Of a DNA stretch of 64,000 nucleotides, positions 38,716 to 58,170 are shown one piece after another. This stretch comes from the human T2T-CHM13v2.0 reference genome, Homo sapiens: positions 4,672,001-4,736,000 of the forward strand of contig CP086569.2 in assembly GCA_009914755.4 (NCBI GenBank), read 5' to 3'. Position 1 is the first letter of the stretch, and each line of letters opens with the position of its first letter. Under the pieces are notes generated by a model that was not told the DNA's origin, ran no database searches, and saw nothing but the letters and a program-made list of their open reading frames with translations. A program made the translations under genes and the position numbers.

Positions 38716-41700
38716 ATTTTAATAAAATATTTTTATCATTGCAGAAAGTTCTATTGGATAGTACTGCTCTAGAAATTTCTGCTGGAGGAATGGATGAGAG
38801 AAACACGTCTATGGAATTCGAGGGAGATCATAATAACGAATAATAAGGCATAGGATTACCACTTCCCATATAAAAAGTATGATTCATAGCCATTTATAAT
38901 ACAAGCAATTACCCCTCAAAGTTGAAGATTTATATTAGTATCATTATTATCACTTTTCATTTAATCCATAATTTTTGCAACATCGATAATATAAAACTCA
39001 AAATAATTCATGTAGGTAGGAAGATGTCATATTTTCCACATAAATATGCATTAAATGCTTTAACAAATCTGGCTTAATTAGAATAAGAATACAACAGACT
39101 AGGCTGGCTTTTCAAAAATTTTAATAGCTTATTCCCTGTTAAAGCTAAGAAATACCTTCCAGTATACCCTACCTCCCAAAGTATCAGGGATTTTTTGTTT
39201 TTTAATCCAAGAGAGATTTATGAGATCATAAAACACAATCTTTATGTTCTTTGCTTCCCTTTTCCCAAAATCTAAAATTATTCAGAAATATTTAACCTTT
39301 TCTTGATTTGTAGCCGTTACAGCTAATTGGAGGATCCTGCCATAAAATGATGGCCCTCTGTCATGTGTTGCCTACTTGTTTAATTTAGATTTATGGTTTC
39401 TTGAAAGCCAATTGAAAGTGTTTGACCCCTCATAGGAAAATCCTGTTGTGAATAAGAAGGATTCCACAGATCACATACCAGAGCGGTTTTGCCTCAGCTG
39501 CTCTCAACTTTGTAATCTTGTGAAGAAGCTGACAAGCTTGGGTGAGACAATGTTTTGCTATCCTCCTTAAAGAATTAGAAATTCCCGCATAAGAGAGTAT
39601 GAATTGATAACAAGAGGCATTATAGCTAAGATCAGGTTCATAACTGACAAAGTTGAAATAGATATGTAGGTAATCAAGCATTTTTAGTGATGTATATTAT
39701 GTGATTGCCGTTCAAGGCAGGCATAACTATTTTCCTCAGTCAGGAAATAAATACCACTAGCCAATGGGGCTAGGATCACACCTATTCCATATAAATAAAA
39801 CTTTGAATCTATCCTGTCTACTGTTTGATAAGCCTATGCAGATTATCAATTTTATGTGTTAGGCTTATAAAACTGTTATAATGATCCAAGGAATAATAGC
39901 AGCTGGTGGGGAGGGTGTTTTTATTTAAGCTTTCATTAGCAGACAAATAAGGATAGCAGAGAGTTCACTCCAGTTTTAATTCAAAAAGTATTTTGTGCCT
40001 ACATTTCAGAATCCTGGATGATTTGCTGCTAACAGCACTCTGAGGTCCTGCCATGGAACCTCCTATCTAGTGCAGCATTTGGGTTATTGAAGCCCTATCT
40101 TTTCAGTGCATCTATTTCATTTAAGTTTAAACTGATTACAATGTACTGGAGGCAAAGACCTTTTTCTTCCCCTCCCTCTTTTTATCCCCCACTCAACAGC
40201 TGATTGCAGTGCACTATGAGGACTGAATGACAGTGGGTTTTAATTCAGATATTTCAAGGTGAGTTTCATATATATTAAATATCATATACGTCTCCTTTCC
40301 TCTGGGTCTTTTCAGGAGTAGTAATTTTATCTGAACTCCAATTTTTCATGTTTGAGGCTTTCATTTTCTTAAAAGATTTGTTTTGAGTTTAAAATGTTAA
40401 CAGTGAGATTGGATGAGAGGAAGGGGAAGTCTATATTCCAATATACTGATATCATGTAGGGAGAGATGTAAAACAACAACAACAAAAATCCCACAAATTA
40501 TAGTAAGCATAATTTACCTAGATTGGCCTGGATGGCCACACATGTTGTCCGTGGATTGACAATTTCTAAAGAATTGACAGTTTACTGACGGTAAGCAATG
40601 AAGTTGTAAAGGCCCCTCTGGATCGTGCAAAGATGTCTTTAGGACCATGAGTTATCAGTGTACTGAAAAATTCCAGAAGTGCCTATTTTCAGAACAAATA
40701 CTTGTTCTGAATACTACAAGCACCCTAGGTAGAGAGACTGTTCTTCCTCAGTTTTGCATTTCCAATGCGTGGTGTACAGAACATACTTTACAAATAGACA
40801 CCAAACTAACAAACAAGAGAGTATTCTAATGAATAAATATATAGACTTTATTGCACTTGTAGGAATATGATTTGATTTAATAAACTAATAGGCTATCCCC
40901 CCAAATCTCCATTTAGATGAATAAAAAATGTTTAGGATTCTATTTAATTAAACCAAATTTAGAAGTAGTGTTCAGTTTCTTGCTTGGGAGGTTTTGATTT
41001 ATTCAAAAATCATTTAAGTTTGTCCACTTAGTGATTAGCGTGTACTCCAGTGCACCCCCACAACTTTGTCACAATACTCCAATAATGTAATACGCTTAAA
41101 AATAATATATTTAAATTATTTGTCACAAATACTCATTCTCAGTTTCTCTTGTCCATGTGGCAGAAGATACTGAAATATGTTCCCCTTGACATTGCTCAAA
41201 GAAGAAATCTCTTAAAAGTTCTAATCACTGTTAAATTTCTCAGACATTTTAAGCTTTAGAGAAGAAAGGATTTAAACAACTTTTTACATGATTCTTTTTC
41301 TTGTTCCCTTCTATTCCCTCCATTACTCCTCTGTCACTTCCATCATTCTCTCCAAGTATATAAATCCACTCTTTATGGTGCCTGGGACCTCCCAGATCCA
41401 GTAAATCTTCCCATCCCCTCCCTGTACCTTTCATTCCTTCAAGTTTTCCGTTCATTGAAGTCACTCTCAGTTCTGTTAGTTTTCCCAGATTTCTCCCTGT
41501 TCTCTTTGTGTGTCTATAATTCTTCCAAGTCTCTACCCAGTTTTTAAGTTCTCCATCTTTGTTGTCACCATAGTTTTCCCCAGTTAAGTTTTCATAACAG
41601 CTTGTTGCTCAGACTCTATGAGTACTTCTTATTTTGTTAGTTCGTCTCAATGCTCAAAATCATTCCTTCCCTCTCAATCATCCCTTTTCTCTCTTTAACA

Positions 41701-43734
41701 CCTTCATCCTTTCCATGTTTTCTCTGCAGTCTTTTCCATATCCTCTGCCCCTACCAGTTTCCCCTTGTGCCTCACAGTTCTTCCCAAATTATTCAAGTCC
41801 CTTGCAGGTAGTTGGAATATAATTCATCACATTATTTCCATATTTAGGAACAGCTTAAATTTACAAACTGCCATGAATAAAACAGTCTGTAGCTTAATCA
41901 TTGACAGTTTAATATAATCTTATTCTTTATTGTGGCATTATATATACACCACATTTTATAGACCTGTTATTTGTACCAGGTTTGGTTTTAAGATAACTTG
42001 AGATAGTAGAGGGGAGATACAAAAAATTAACATTCAGGTAGTAAAGCCAAATTAGGCCAAGGTGAAAATTTCTTATTCAACAAGACATTCAGCCCATTCA
42101 GTTCAAAACAATATTCTGTGTACTTTTTAAGGAGTGGAAGAAAAATAGACGAGTAATGGAATATGCTAGTTGAATATTGATGAGATTTGTTTCCATTTTA
42201 AAGTTAAAAAAAACCAAAACTGATTGCTCTAAGACTTTTTCTTGCTGACTGCCATCACCTCAGTTGTCATATTTTAACCACAAATCCCGTAAGCACTTAC
42301 ATTTAACCTTATCGTTACTCTTATGCTTATTCAAATTTTCCCCATGTGATGCTAATCTGAAAATTTCTTAGAGGAAATGAGTTTTGAATTGCTCTGAAGT
42401 AGATGATGACCTTTGATGACCAGAGAAGATGTGGAAAATATTATGGCTAGAGAGTAGATGTTGGCTCGGCTGAAGAGGAGAGGTCATGGATTATAAATTA
42501 AAGAGAAAGATATTTCTTAGAAGCAGCTAATTGAGGACCTTGAATGCTAGGCCTCGGAGTTTAGATTCTATAGATTTCGAGAGGTAATAAACATAGTTTT
42601 TTTGCTTTCAGTTTTTGTTGTTGTTGTTATCGGTTTGGTTTGGTTGTTATATATAATGTTTATCAAAATAATGAATACTTATTTTTCAACACCATAAAAA
42701 CGTGGAAGTAGACCACAAAAAAAGTACTGGTTGGATAGATAATATATTTGGAAATGCTTTGTTTTAAAAAAAAAACCTTTTCTTCTGAATAAAAATAGAG
42801 AGGAGAAGCAGTTCTTACGTGAAATCTCTCTTTAACAGTTCCTCTTGAAAATTAGCAGCTGTACTTAGTGAAAAATTATGAAGGTGCAATGTTGTTGTCA
42901 GCTGTAACAGGTTTTAATTATCTTTTTTATTTTAAAGTCATCAAATTTAGAGATGTCAAATTTTTATTATTTTCAGGACAAAATCATGATGCCATAGTTC
43001 ACATATTTTAGTTGCAAATACTGTTTCAAAATGCACTTGATTTTGTGAGGTGTTTGCTTTAATATTTTCAACACGTGCTGGATTACAGAGTTTCAAGATA
43101 TATTGCACGTATCCAATTAAAATAACTCCCCACTTTCCCTAATTTATACTTGTTCTTTAAAAATTTAAATATTAATTAAGATCTTCTAATAAGTTAACAT
43201 GTTCCCTGTTTTATCAAAAACATTCATTGTTCAGTTTAAGCATTTGAAAACCAATCATAATAATATCTATAGATAAATGTCACTGGGATGTGTCTTTCTC
43301 AAAAATGTTATGAAGGGTTATAAAATTTTGAAAAAAAAATTTTATTACCAAAATATTACCAAACATACCTTGAAAGTTGAATATAATCATTCCTCTTTTA
43401 AAATAAGCTTTTTAATCTAAATTACATGAAAAAAAATTTGTTGCCAAGCTGGGAACAATTATAAAATCACTAACTACCTAAAACAGAGCACACAGTCTTT
43501 AAACCTTATAAACATAATTTTAAATCTGAAGATTATATGAAATATTCATTTGATGAAAAGACATTTTGACTTCGCATGTGGAATTGTGATGTAAGATCTT
43601 TTAAAGCTGTAGCATTGCTCATAATTGAGATCCATTATGCAAATGATTATGTATTTATGATTAAACCTTCTTTCAATCACAGATGGCTAGAACAAGAAAA
43701 GATCTTAGAGATAAATCCCAACGCTACTCACCCT

Positions 43735-43840
43735 CAGTGAGTAAAATGAGGCACAGAATGACTAAATGACTTGTCCAAAGTCACAGATACCTAAAGGCAT
43801 AGTTAATACTAGAATTCAAGTCCAGTTAGTTTTTCCCACA
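43735..43840 (-). mobile_element. MIR SINE fragment, antisense
   Basis: 'gtaaaatgaggcacagaatgactaaatgacttgtccaaagtcacagat' versus the MIR reverse complement 'ttttacagatgaggaaactgaggctcagagaggttaagtgacttgcccaaggtcacaca'. Confidence 0.6.
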
Positions 43841-43974
43841 GGATTAGACTTGTCTTTGTGAGTGCAGGATATACAAATACCTTTGTTTATTATTTTTTTT
43901 AGTTTATAATAACAATATCAACAATTACAAACACATGTAACATTAATGTTCCAGGAACTGTTCTAAGTATTTTA

Positions 43975-44115
43975 CATATATTAACTCATTTAGTGCACAA
44001 TAACACTATAAGGTAGACACAATTGTTAACCCTGTTTTACACAAAGATACAGAGAATTTAAATAACTTGCATAAAGTCACACAGCTAGTGAGTGGTGGAT
44101 CTTGGATTTATTATA
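43975..44115 (-). mobile_element. MIR SINE, antisense
   Basis: 'taactcatttagtgcacaataacactataaggtagacacaattgttaaccctgttttacacaaagatacagagaatttaaataacttgcataaagtcacacagctagtgagtggtggatcttggattta' versus the MIR reverse complement '...tcatttaatcctcacaacaaccctgtgaggtaggtattattatccccattttacagatgaggaaactgagg...gtgacttgcccaaggtcacacagctagtaagtggcagagccaggattcgaa'. Confidence 0.75.
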
Positions 44116-44800
44116 AAACAAGACCGTCTAGCTCCATAGCTCATGCTAGGACTTCTTTAAAAAATTTAAATTTTTTAATGCCAGGATAGTTTATATTTGG
44201 ATATAATAACATTTTATGACTTTACTTTTTCAGTAGGGTATAAAAACATTTTTTAGTATTGGAAATTAATGACTGTCTCAATTTCCATAACATATACATT
44301 TTGCAATAGCTTTAAATGAATTGTCTTGCTACAATGGATGTGAAGCCCTGAATGAATGGTTTATCTGAAATCATCAATATTGTTCATTAAGACAATTGCA
44401 AAAAAATGATCTCTATGGAGTCTTTCGTTCATTCTATGTATGAAAAAATTTTTCATTTATTTTTAAAACTAGAAAATCAAACCAAAAGTATATTTAAATA
44501 ATGTCTCTATGAAATGTCTTCTGTGAGAATGGTAAAATGAGCTATCAACTAATTATTTTTTCATATACTTGGTAATGACTATGTGAACAAAATTGATTTT
44601 GCATTTTCTCATTAATGTGGCACACAACACAGAAATAAAAGTCCTATTTTTTTCTAGCTTGTTTTAGTCTGTGGGCTTAATTGCTAGTTTGAAAGTAATA
44701 TTAGGTAATATCTTACTCTGTAAGAAAGCATATTTTGACATGTTGACGTGTTAATATATTGACACATGGGAAAGGAATAAGTAAATGTAAATGAAAACTA

Positions 44801-45202
<402 letters not shown>

Positions 45203-47385
45203 TTAGAATATGAGATCTTCCATACATTGCCCCAATTTGTTTATTCCGTTCAAATAGAATGGAAAGACAAATTAAAATGGAGAAGGGCTGACTCGTAAGA
45301 AATAGCAATGAATTCCTTTTCTTTTCATTTTTTAGGGAAGAAAGGGATTGGGAACAAGACTATATGTTGTATAGGGAACATTGAAGGATTCTATTTCCAT
45401 TTCAGTGCTTAATGGCTTTTACTAGTTATTTAACTTTTTTCTCTACGTTTTTAAAACTCTCAAGAGTCTGTGGCTTCATTAAATATTATTTCTTTATAAA
45501 ACATATATGATAATACGAAAAGTGTTAAATCGGTGGTATTCATTAAGACTGTATCCAGCACTGTGGAGAACTTGGAGGTCAAGGGAAAGTCTGCACAAAA
45601 GTAGAAATATGAGGAAATTTGTGTGTGTTAGCCAATGTATATTAGTGCTCTGAGCATATATTTAAGGAAGGATGAGGCAATGTGGACTGAGGGACATTGG
45701 AGATGGATTAAGAGTGAAAGGGTAATTAGCTATGTTAGAAAACAGTGGCTTGCATTGCATGATTCTGTATCACAGGTACTTATTTATAGTGTGCATGCAT
45801 TTCTGATATTGCATAAAGCAAGACAGTGATGAAGTTACATAGTTGTCTATTAGGATATTTGCCCTATACCCTTCAGTTTTCTGTTTGAGGTTTTTGAAGG
45901 ATTCATGATTTCTATCATGCATCATATTCTTCATACTATCTGTATAAGGATTATGATGGTGATAAATGAGAAGAACATGGTGAGTATTCCAAACTCCTAT
46001 CGACCCTACCCAATATACTAAAGATTATCAAGTGGAGAGTTATTTTGGTGTATTACCACTTCATAATTTTTATGTCTCAGATACAGTAAATTTATTTATA
46101 TAGATATCACATAGGTTTTATTGGGATCATATAATGTTTTATGAAATAATTCTATTTTAAGATGCTATTTACTCATAACTATAAAACTGTGCATTTTTGT
46201 TCTCTCAGAGGATCTGGAACAGTGTGATTTCTAACTTAAAATGAGGGGAGATTTGATTGTTTCTTCTTGAGTTAACAAGTTACCAATATCTTAAAAATAT
46301 TCACTGCCTAATAGTTTCAAAATTTAGAATCATAAAATACTACTCATTCCTAAATGATTCAAGAATACATTTTACTGTACTATTTAATTTTATACCTTTT
46401 TTGTCCCCTGCCTATGAATTGGATATTCTAGCCATCATTTCACTGTCCTGGGTGCAGGCATAGTTGAAGGTTACTGACCTTCTGATCTAGATTAGTACCG
46501 TCCAACAGAACTTTCTGTCATAATAGAAATATTCTATAATCTGTGCTGTCCAGTGCTTAAGTCCTTAGCCTTATTGGACAATTGAACACTTAAAATGTGC
46601 TTAGTACAACTAAGGGATTGAATTTTTAATCTGACTTAAATTTAATTTTAACAGCTACACACAGCAAGAGGTACTATATTGGACTGCACAGCTCTAGATG
46701 CTTATAGTCTAAATATAACTATTGTATGGAAAAGAGAGTTCTTTTTTCAAGGCATAATCAATCACCTTTGTTTCTAATTTTGTTCTTGTGCTATCTATAA
46801 ATCAAGTCCTGATGCAAAGTAATTTCATCATGAAGAGCAATGGTCTTTATTTTCCAGGGTTGTCAGGTTATATAAAGAATTAATGTACCCTGTGATCACA
46901 ATTTCCTAGAGTGAGTGCCAGTTTTAGCAAGTGTAAAATAGTTGTGTTTGTTGTAGCTTCTTCTATGATATCTATTAAGGAGTTGGATATCTCTGAAAAG
47001 GAAATATAAAATATTTCAGCATTTCTAATATTTTCTGGAATAGGAAAATATTTTACATTTATCAGCTATAAAGAAATTATAATTTAAAATGAAATACTGG
47101 CCATTTTCACATATTTTGTACTCTGTGACAAACTGAAATCATTACAGAGTATGTTATAATTCTAAAAACCAAAAAGTCTCCCAAGTAATTGGAGCCTCTA
47201 GTACCTAATCAAAAGAATGGTGCCTTTATTTTCTTTTTTCATAATCTCTTTTTCTAAACCAATGTGAGATCAAATTACGTTTTTTATAAGCAGTGCAATA
47301 GCTAAATAAAAATAACAATAACCGCAAATGCATGAAGAATTTTTTTTTTATCTGAATGTATTACTCACTTAAAACTGCATTGGTG

Positions 47386-47724
<339 letters not shown>

Positions 47725-48855
47725 TTAATGTGAGATTAACCCTGATCACACCACTTGCATTTCAACTATTGTTTAGTATGATGGCATTTCAATTGGCAGT
47801 TTTCCTTACAGTGATCTGTCTACACATGCACGCACATAAATGCACACAAGGGCATATGTTCACAGTGAAACACAAAGATTATTATTTTAAACATATAAAT
47901 AAAGCATCTCATGAATATTTCTCAGTTACAAGTTGGCTAGTGTTTGTTGGTCCAGCAAGCAATACTGCATCCAACTCTGTAGAGGCAGAACTTGTATATT
48001 CTTGATTTCCCATTTGATGGTTACTTAGAATTGTTTTGAGGTTAATGCACTTCTTGATTTATAAATAAAACGGGGGTTGCATTTCATTCTTCTTCCAATA
48101 TACTATTATATTACCCCTTTGAAGGCTTGTTCTTTACTTGTGGTGAGAAGGCATGGAATATGCTGAATGAAGGCTAATGATAAATCATTTTTCATTTCTT
48201 AATGAGTTGGAGTGGGGTTTGTGGTTGTCCTAAGTGAGAAACAGAAAAAAAAATTTAAAGAAGAGGAATCTAAAAATATTGTGAAAACATGTAGGATTAG
48301 TTAAATTAATTTAAATATTTTACTTACTAATAGTTTGAAAAACTGATTTCCTAAGAACCACTTAGTATAATTTGTAGTGAAAATAACTACAGGTGAAGGT
48401 CATGCATAAAATATACTCTTACCAGAAAACTTTAGGTTTTTGAATAAAATGGAATTCATAAAATAATGAACACTCCAAGTTATTATAAATCACTCCGATT
48501 ATTTCTTGAAGTCTTTGCTGGTTGTTGTAGTGATATATTCTTGGAGGAAAAGGTTTAAAACAAAAGAATTGGTGACCCGAATCTCCAGCAAGCATCTTTT
48601 TTTTTTTTCCTTTCTTTTTTTCATTTTTATTTTTATTTTTATTTTTTATTATTATACTTTAAGTTTTAGGGTACATGTGCACATTGTGCAGGTTAGTTAC
48701 ATACGTATACATGTGCCATGCTGGTGCGCTGCACCCACTAACTCGTCATCTACCATTAGGTATATCTCCCAATGCTATCCCTCACCCCTCCCCCCACCCC
48801 ACAACAGTCCCCAGAGTGTGATGTTCCCCTTCCTGTGTCCATGTGATCTCATTGT

Positions 48856-52388
<3,533 letters not shown>

Positions 52389-52745
52389 TATGTAATGGCC
52401 TTCTTTGTCTCTTTTGATCTTTGTTGGTTTAAAGTCTGTTTTATCAGAGACTAGGATTGCAATCCCTGCCTTTTTTTGTTTTCCATTGGCTTGGTAGATT
52501 TTCCTCTATCCTTTTATTTTGAGCCTATGTGTGTCTCTGCACCTGAGATGGGCTTCCTGAATACAGCACACTGATAGGTCTTGACTCTTTATCCAATTTG
52601 CCAGTCTGTGTCTTTTAATTGGAGCATTTAGTCCATTTACATTTAAAGTTAATAGTATTATGTGTGAATTTGATCCTGTCATTATGATGTTAGCTGGTTA
52701 TTTTGCTTGTTAGTTGATGCAGTTTCTTTCTAGTCTCGATAGTCT

Positions 52746-53762
52746 TTACATTTTGGCATGATTTTGCAGTGGCTGGTACCGGTTGTTCCTTTCCATGTTT
52801 AGTGCTTCCTTCAGCAGCTCTTTTAGGGCAGGCCTGGTGGTGACAAAATCTCTCAGCATTTGCTTGTCTGTAAAGTATTTTATTTCTCCTTCACTTATGA
52901 AGCTTAGTTTGGCTGGATATGAAATTCTGGGTTGAAAATTCTTTCCTTTAAGAATGTTGAATATTGGCCCCCACTCTCTTCTGGCTTGTAGGGTTTCTGC
53001 CGCGAGATCTGCTGTTAGTCTGATGGGCTTCCCTATGAGGGTAACCCGACCTTTCTCTCTGGCTGCCCTTAACATTTTTTCCTTCATTTCAACTTTGATG
53101 AATCTGACAATTCTGTGTCTTGGAGTTGCTCTTCTCGAGGGGTATCTTTGTGGCGTTCTCTGTATTTCCTGAATTTGAATGTTGGCCTACCTTGCTATAT
53201 TGGGGAAGTTCTCCTGGATAATATCCTGCAGAGTGTTTTCCAACTTGGTTCCATTCTCCCCATCACTTTCAGGTACATCAATCAGACGTAGATTTGGTCT
53301 TTTCACATAGTCCCATATTTCTTGGAGGCTTTGCTCGTTTCTTTTTATTCTTTTTTCTCTAAACTTCCCTTCTCACTTCATTTCATTCATTTCATCTTCC
53401 ATCGCTGATACCCTTTCTTCCAGTTGATCGCATCAGCTCCTGAGGCTTCTGCGTTCTTCACGTAGTTCTCGAGCCTTGGTTTTCAGCTCCGTCAGCTCCT
53501 TTAAGCACTTCTCTGTATTGGTTATTCTAGTTATACATTCTTCTGAATTTTTTTCAAAGTTTTCAACTTCTTTGCCTTTGGTTTGAATGTCCTCCCGTAG
53601 CTCAGAGTAATTTGATCGTCTGAAGCCTTCTTCTCTCAGCTCGTCAAAGTCATTCTCTGTCCAGCTTTGTTCCGTTGCTGGTGAAGAGCTGTGTTCTTTT
53701 GGAGGAGGAGAGGTGCTCTGCTTTTTAGAATTTCCAGTTTTTCTGTTCTGTTTTTTCCCCAT
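52746..53762 (-). pseudogene. L1 ORF1, disrupted. N-terminal 109 aa at 53433-53762, C-terminal 113 aa at 52746-53087, middle out of frame
   Basis: 'MGKKQNRKTGNSKKQSTSPPPKE.SSSPATEQSW.ENDFDELREEGFRRSNYSELREDIQTKGKEVENFEKN' is the ORF1p N-terminus. '...KLSFISEGEIKYFTDKQMLRDFVTTRPALKELLKEALNMERNNRYQPLQNHAKM' is the ORF1p C-terminus with its natural stop. Confidence 0.9.
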
Positions 53763-55396
53763 CTTTGTGGTTTTATCTACTTTTGGTCTTTGATGATGGT
53801 GATGTACAGATGGGTTTTTGGTGTGGATGTCCTTTCTGTTTGTTAGTTTTCCTCCTAACAGACAGGACCCTCAGCTGCAGATCTGTTGGAGTACCCTGCA
53901 GTGTGAGGTGTCAGTGTGCCCCTGCTGGGGGGTGCCTCCCAGTTAGGCTGCTCGGGGGTCAGGGGTCAGGGACCCACTTGAGGAGGCAGTCTGCGTGTTC
54001 TCAGATCTCCAGCTGCATACTGGGAGAACCACTGCTCTCTTCAAAGCTGTCAGACAGGGACATTTAAGTCTGCAGAGGTTACTGCTTTCTTTTTGTTTGT
54101 CTGTGCCCTGCCCCCAGAGGTGGAGCCTACAGAGGCAGGCAGGCCTCCTTGAGCTGTGGTGGGCTCCACCCAGTTGGAGCTTCCGGGCTGCTTTGTTTAC
54201 CTAAGGAAGCCTGGGCAATGGCGGGCGCCCCTCCCCCAGCCTCGCTGCCGCCTTGCAGTTTGATCTCAGACTGCTGTGCTAGCAATCAGCGAGACTCCGT
54301 GGGCGTAGGACCCTCCGAGCCAGGTGTGGGATATAATCTCGTGGTGCGCCGTTTTTTAAGCCCGTCGGAAAAGCGCAGTATTCAGGTGGGATTGACCCGA
54401 TTTTCCAGGTGCCATCCGTCACCCCTTTCTTTGATTAGGAAAGGGAACTCCCTGACCCCTTGCGCTTTCCGAGTGAGGCAGTGCCTCGCCCTGCTTCGCC
54501 TCGCGCACGGTGCGCGCACCCATTGACCTGCGCCCACTGTGTGGCACTCCCTAGTGAGATGAACCCAGTACCTCAGATGGAAATGCAGAAATCATCTGTC
54601 TTCTGCGTCGCTCACGCTGGGAGCTGTAGACCGGAGCTGTTCCTATTCGGCCATCTTGGCTCCTCCCTCCAGCAAGCATTTCTTAAGCACTTACTGTGTA
54701 TTTGGTACAGTGCCCATGAACTGCTAAGTTAAATATAATGTCTTAAAATTGTTGGTATATATTTGGAATGATTCATTTGCTTTGAGTTGAGATTCATAAT
54801 ATAAAATATTATGGATCTATACAGTTGTTTACATTTAAAACTGATATTTATAGAGAATAAATTTTATATCTAAATTGTTATTTTTGAAGAGCTCAATCTT
54901 TGTGTATTACGTAGGGAGTTGTCTTGAGAAACGTCTAATTTTTACCGCTCATCTTTTTGCACTTTCAAATATACTAATACTTTTGAAGCAGGACCCAACA
55001 GGCCTTCTCTAAAATTAAATTTTCTCACATGTAGCAAGGTTATTTTGAATGCCCAAATTGAAGTTTAAATGGTTAATATTACATTTATATTTGGAGTTAA
55101 AATGTATTAAGACACAGTTGAAATAGTAACTCATTGTAAGTATAAAGAATATTGCTAAATAGAGAAAACATTTTCTTATGTATTTACCTAGATGAAAGAG
55201 AAAGGAAAAATTATACAAACACTAACATTTATACCTTATCTTTGTATGAACATCTTGTAAATACATTTGAATTTTCTCTTATAGATGCTATTCCTTCCTG
55301 AAAACCAGGCTGAACCCAGTACATGCTTTTATAGTGAAACTAAAGAACACACAAGAAGTAGGGTTTATTTTAACTTATAAATGCAAATTCCATTTT

Positions 55397-57053
55397 ACTT
55401 ATTTTTTAATGGGAAAAATATTTACTTTATTTCTTTAACTTTTATTTTAGGTTCAGGTATGCATGTGCGGGTTTGTTATATAGGTAAACTCATGCCACAG
55501 GAGTTTGCTATACAAATTATTTCATCACCCAGGTACTAAGACTAGTATGCAATTTTTTTTTTCTGCTCTTCTCCCTCCTCCCACGCTCCATGCTCAATTA
55601 GTCCCTAGAGTCTGTTGTTCCTTTTTTTGTGTCTATCAGTTCTCATCATTTACATCCCACTTAAAAATGAGAACATTCAATATTTGGTTTTCTGTTCCTG
55701 CATTAGTTTGCTGAGGATAATGGCCTCCAGTTCCATCCATGGTCTTGCAAAGGACATGATCTCCTTAGTTTTTATTGCTGCATAGTATTCCATGATGTAT
55801 ATGTACCACATTTTCTTTATTCAGTCTGTTATTGATGGACATTTAGGTTGATTCTATGTATTTACTATTGTGAATAGTGCTGCAGTGAACATTTGTGTGC
55901 ATGTGTCTTTATGGTAAAATGATTTATGTTCCTCTGGGTAGTTACCCAGTAATGGGATTACTGGTCAAATGGTAGTTCTAGTTTTACCTCTTTGAGGAAT
56001 CACTATGCTGCTTCCCACTATAGTTGAACTAATTTACACTCCCACCAACATTGTAAAAGTATTCTCTTTTCTCTGCAACCTCGCCAGCATATGTTATTTT
56101 TGACTTGTTAATAGTAGCCATTCTGACTAGTGTGAGATGATATCTCATTGAGATTTTGATTTGCATTTCTCTAATGATCAGTGATATTGAGCTTTTTTTC
56201 ATATGCTTGCTGGCCACATGTTACTGTCTTCTTTTGAAAAGTGTCTCCTCATGTCCTTTGCCTACTTGTTCATGGGGTTGTTTTTTTCTTGTAAACTTAA
56301 GTTCCTTATAAATGCTGGATATTAGACCTTTGTCAGATGCATAGTTAGCAAATATTTTCTCCCATTCTGTAGACCGTCTGTTTACTCTATTGATGGTTTC
56401 TTTTGCTCTGCAGAAGCTCTTAAATTTAATTAGATCCCATTTGTCAATTTTGCTTTTGTTGTGATTGTTTTTGGCATGTTCATCATGAAATCTTTGCCAC
56501 TTCCTTTGTCCAGGATGGAATTCCCTAGGTTGTCTTCCAAGGTTTTATAGTTTTGGGTTTTATGGATATTTAATTCATTTTGAGTTGACTTTTGTACATG
56601 GTGTAAGAAAGGGGTCCAGTTTCAATTGTCTGCACATGGCTACCCAGATGTCCCAGCCCGATTTGTTGTGTAAGGAGTCTTTTCCCTACTGCTTGTTTTC
56701 TTCAGCTTTGTGGATGATCACGTGGTTATAGGTGTGTGGCCTTTTATCTGGGCTCTCTATTCTGTTCTATTCGTCTATGTGTCTGTTTCTGCACCAGTAC
56801 CGTTACTGTAGCCCTGTAGTATAGTTTGAAGTCAGGTAATGTGATGCCTCATGTTTCGTTCTTTTTGCTTAGGATTGCCTTGACTATTTGGGGTCTTTTT
56901 TTGTTCCATATGAATTTTAACATAGTTTTTTTCTACTTCTGTGAAGAGTGTCATTGGTAGTTTCATATGAATAACAATCTGTAAATTGTTTTGGGTGGTA
57001 TCCCATTTTAATGATATTTATTCTTTCTATCCATGAAATAGTGTTTGATTATA
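55397..57053 (-). mobile_element. 5'-truncated older L1 (L1PB/L1MA-like) 3' portion, about 1.65 kb, antisense, with a degenerate A-rich tail. Flanked by a 18-24-bp TSD 'cttat(a/t)aatgcaaattccatttta' at 55373-55396 and 57054-57077
   Basis: Reverse complement of L1 3' ORF2 and 3'UTR sequence ('...gcatgtgcgggtttgttatataggtaaactcatgccacaggagtttgctatacaaattatttcatcacccaggtactaag...ggacatgatctccttagtttttattgctgcatagtattccatgatgtatatgtaccacattttctttattcagtc...'). It is about 15-20% diverged from the adjacent L1PA. The same 18-mer 'aatgcaaattccatttta' is present on both sides. Confidence 0.85.
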
Positions 57054-57078
57054 CTTATTAATGCAAATTCCATTTTAA

Positions 57079-57346
<268 letters not shown>

Positions 57347-58170
57347 AAAAGGCAGAATTCTTTATCATTTTTTCTACTCTAAGTGTATCACAACTGAAGA
57401 TTCGAAATATGGCTTGTGTGTGTCACATTTATGGTTCAGTTGTTTTTCTATTCATTTATTAATTAATGTTGTCATTTTTAATTGGTTATCCATTTTTTTG
57501 GTTTTGAGGTGACACAAAACAAAAATCACAGAAATAATATTAAAATATGTGTAAAAAACTGAGAACTAAAAGGATAAGGAATATTGTTGAACCTTTAGGC
57601 TGAGGCATCTGTTATTAGGCAGTTGATAAACCAAGTCTTAAGATTGGTTTTAAAAGGTTGCTATGTCATTTTTCCTTAGCGTTCTAAGATGTGTAGTTAC
57701 TGATTATGGATTGTGCAACTCCAAAGTCATCTTAATAGGAAGAGCTTCATTGTCTCACGGGGTGAATGAATGCAACTATTAAAGTCATTTCTCTGTTCCT
57801 TGGAACAATAAGTTGATGGATATAATTCATTTTCTGACAACTAATATCTTACCTTGATTTGTTTTACAGACCATCAACTTGGATCTTGTTTTTAGCCATC
57901 ACTTCCAAGATTCTGGTGCTATATCTCATTTGCTTTCAACTGTTGATTTTACTGCATTGTAATTTGATAATTTAGACCCCAACACAAAAAATAAATTAAG
58001 TCATGCTAGAATATGCACCATACGTATATAGGGGAGTAATCTGATAAAATGCTTTGTGCAGATATTGCAATTAGTACTGAAGTTTGGGGAGGTGTGCAAT
58101 CAATAGTAAAATATTAATTGGTCTTTGTACATAGATAATTTAAACACTAATATGATAGATATATTACTAC

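Noticed and set aside
53765-54732. Plus-strand ORFs of 69-125 aa across 53765-54732
   Set aside because: They lie antisense within the L1 5'UTR. Human L1 does have a small antisense ORF0, but these frames do not begin at the known ORF0 position and have no conservation support I can verify. I treat them as noise.
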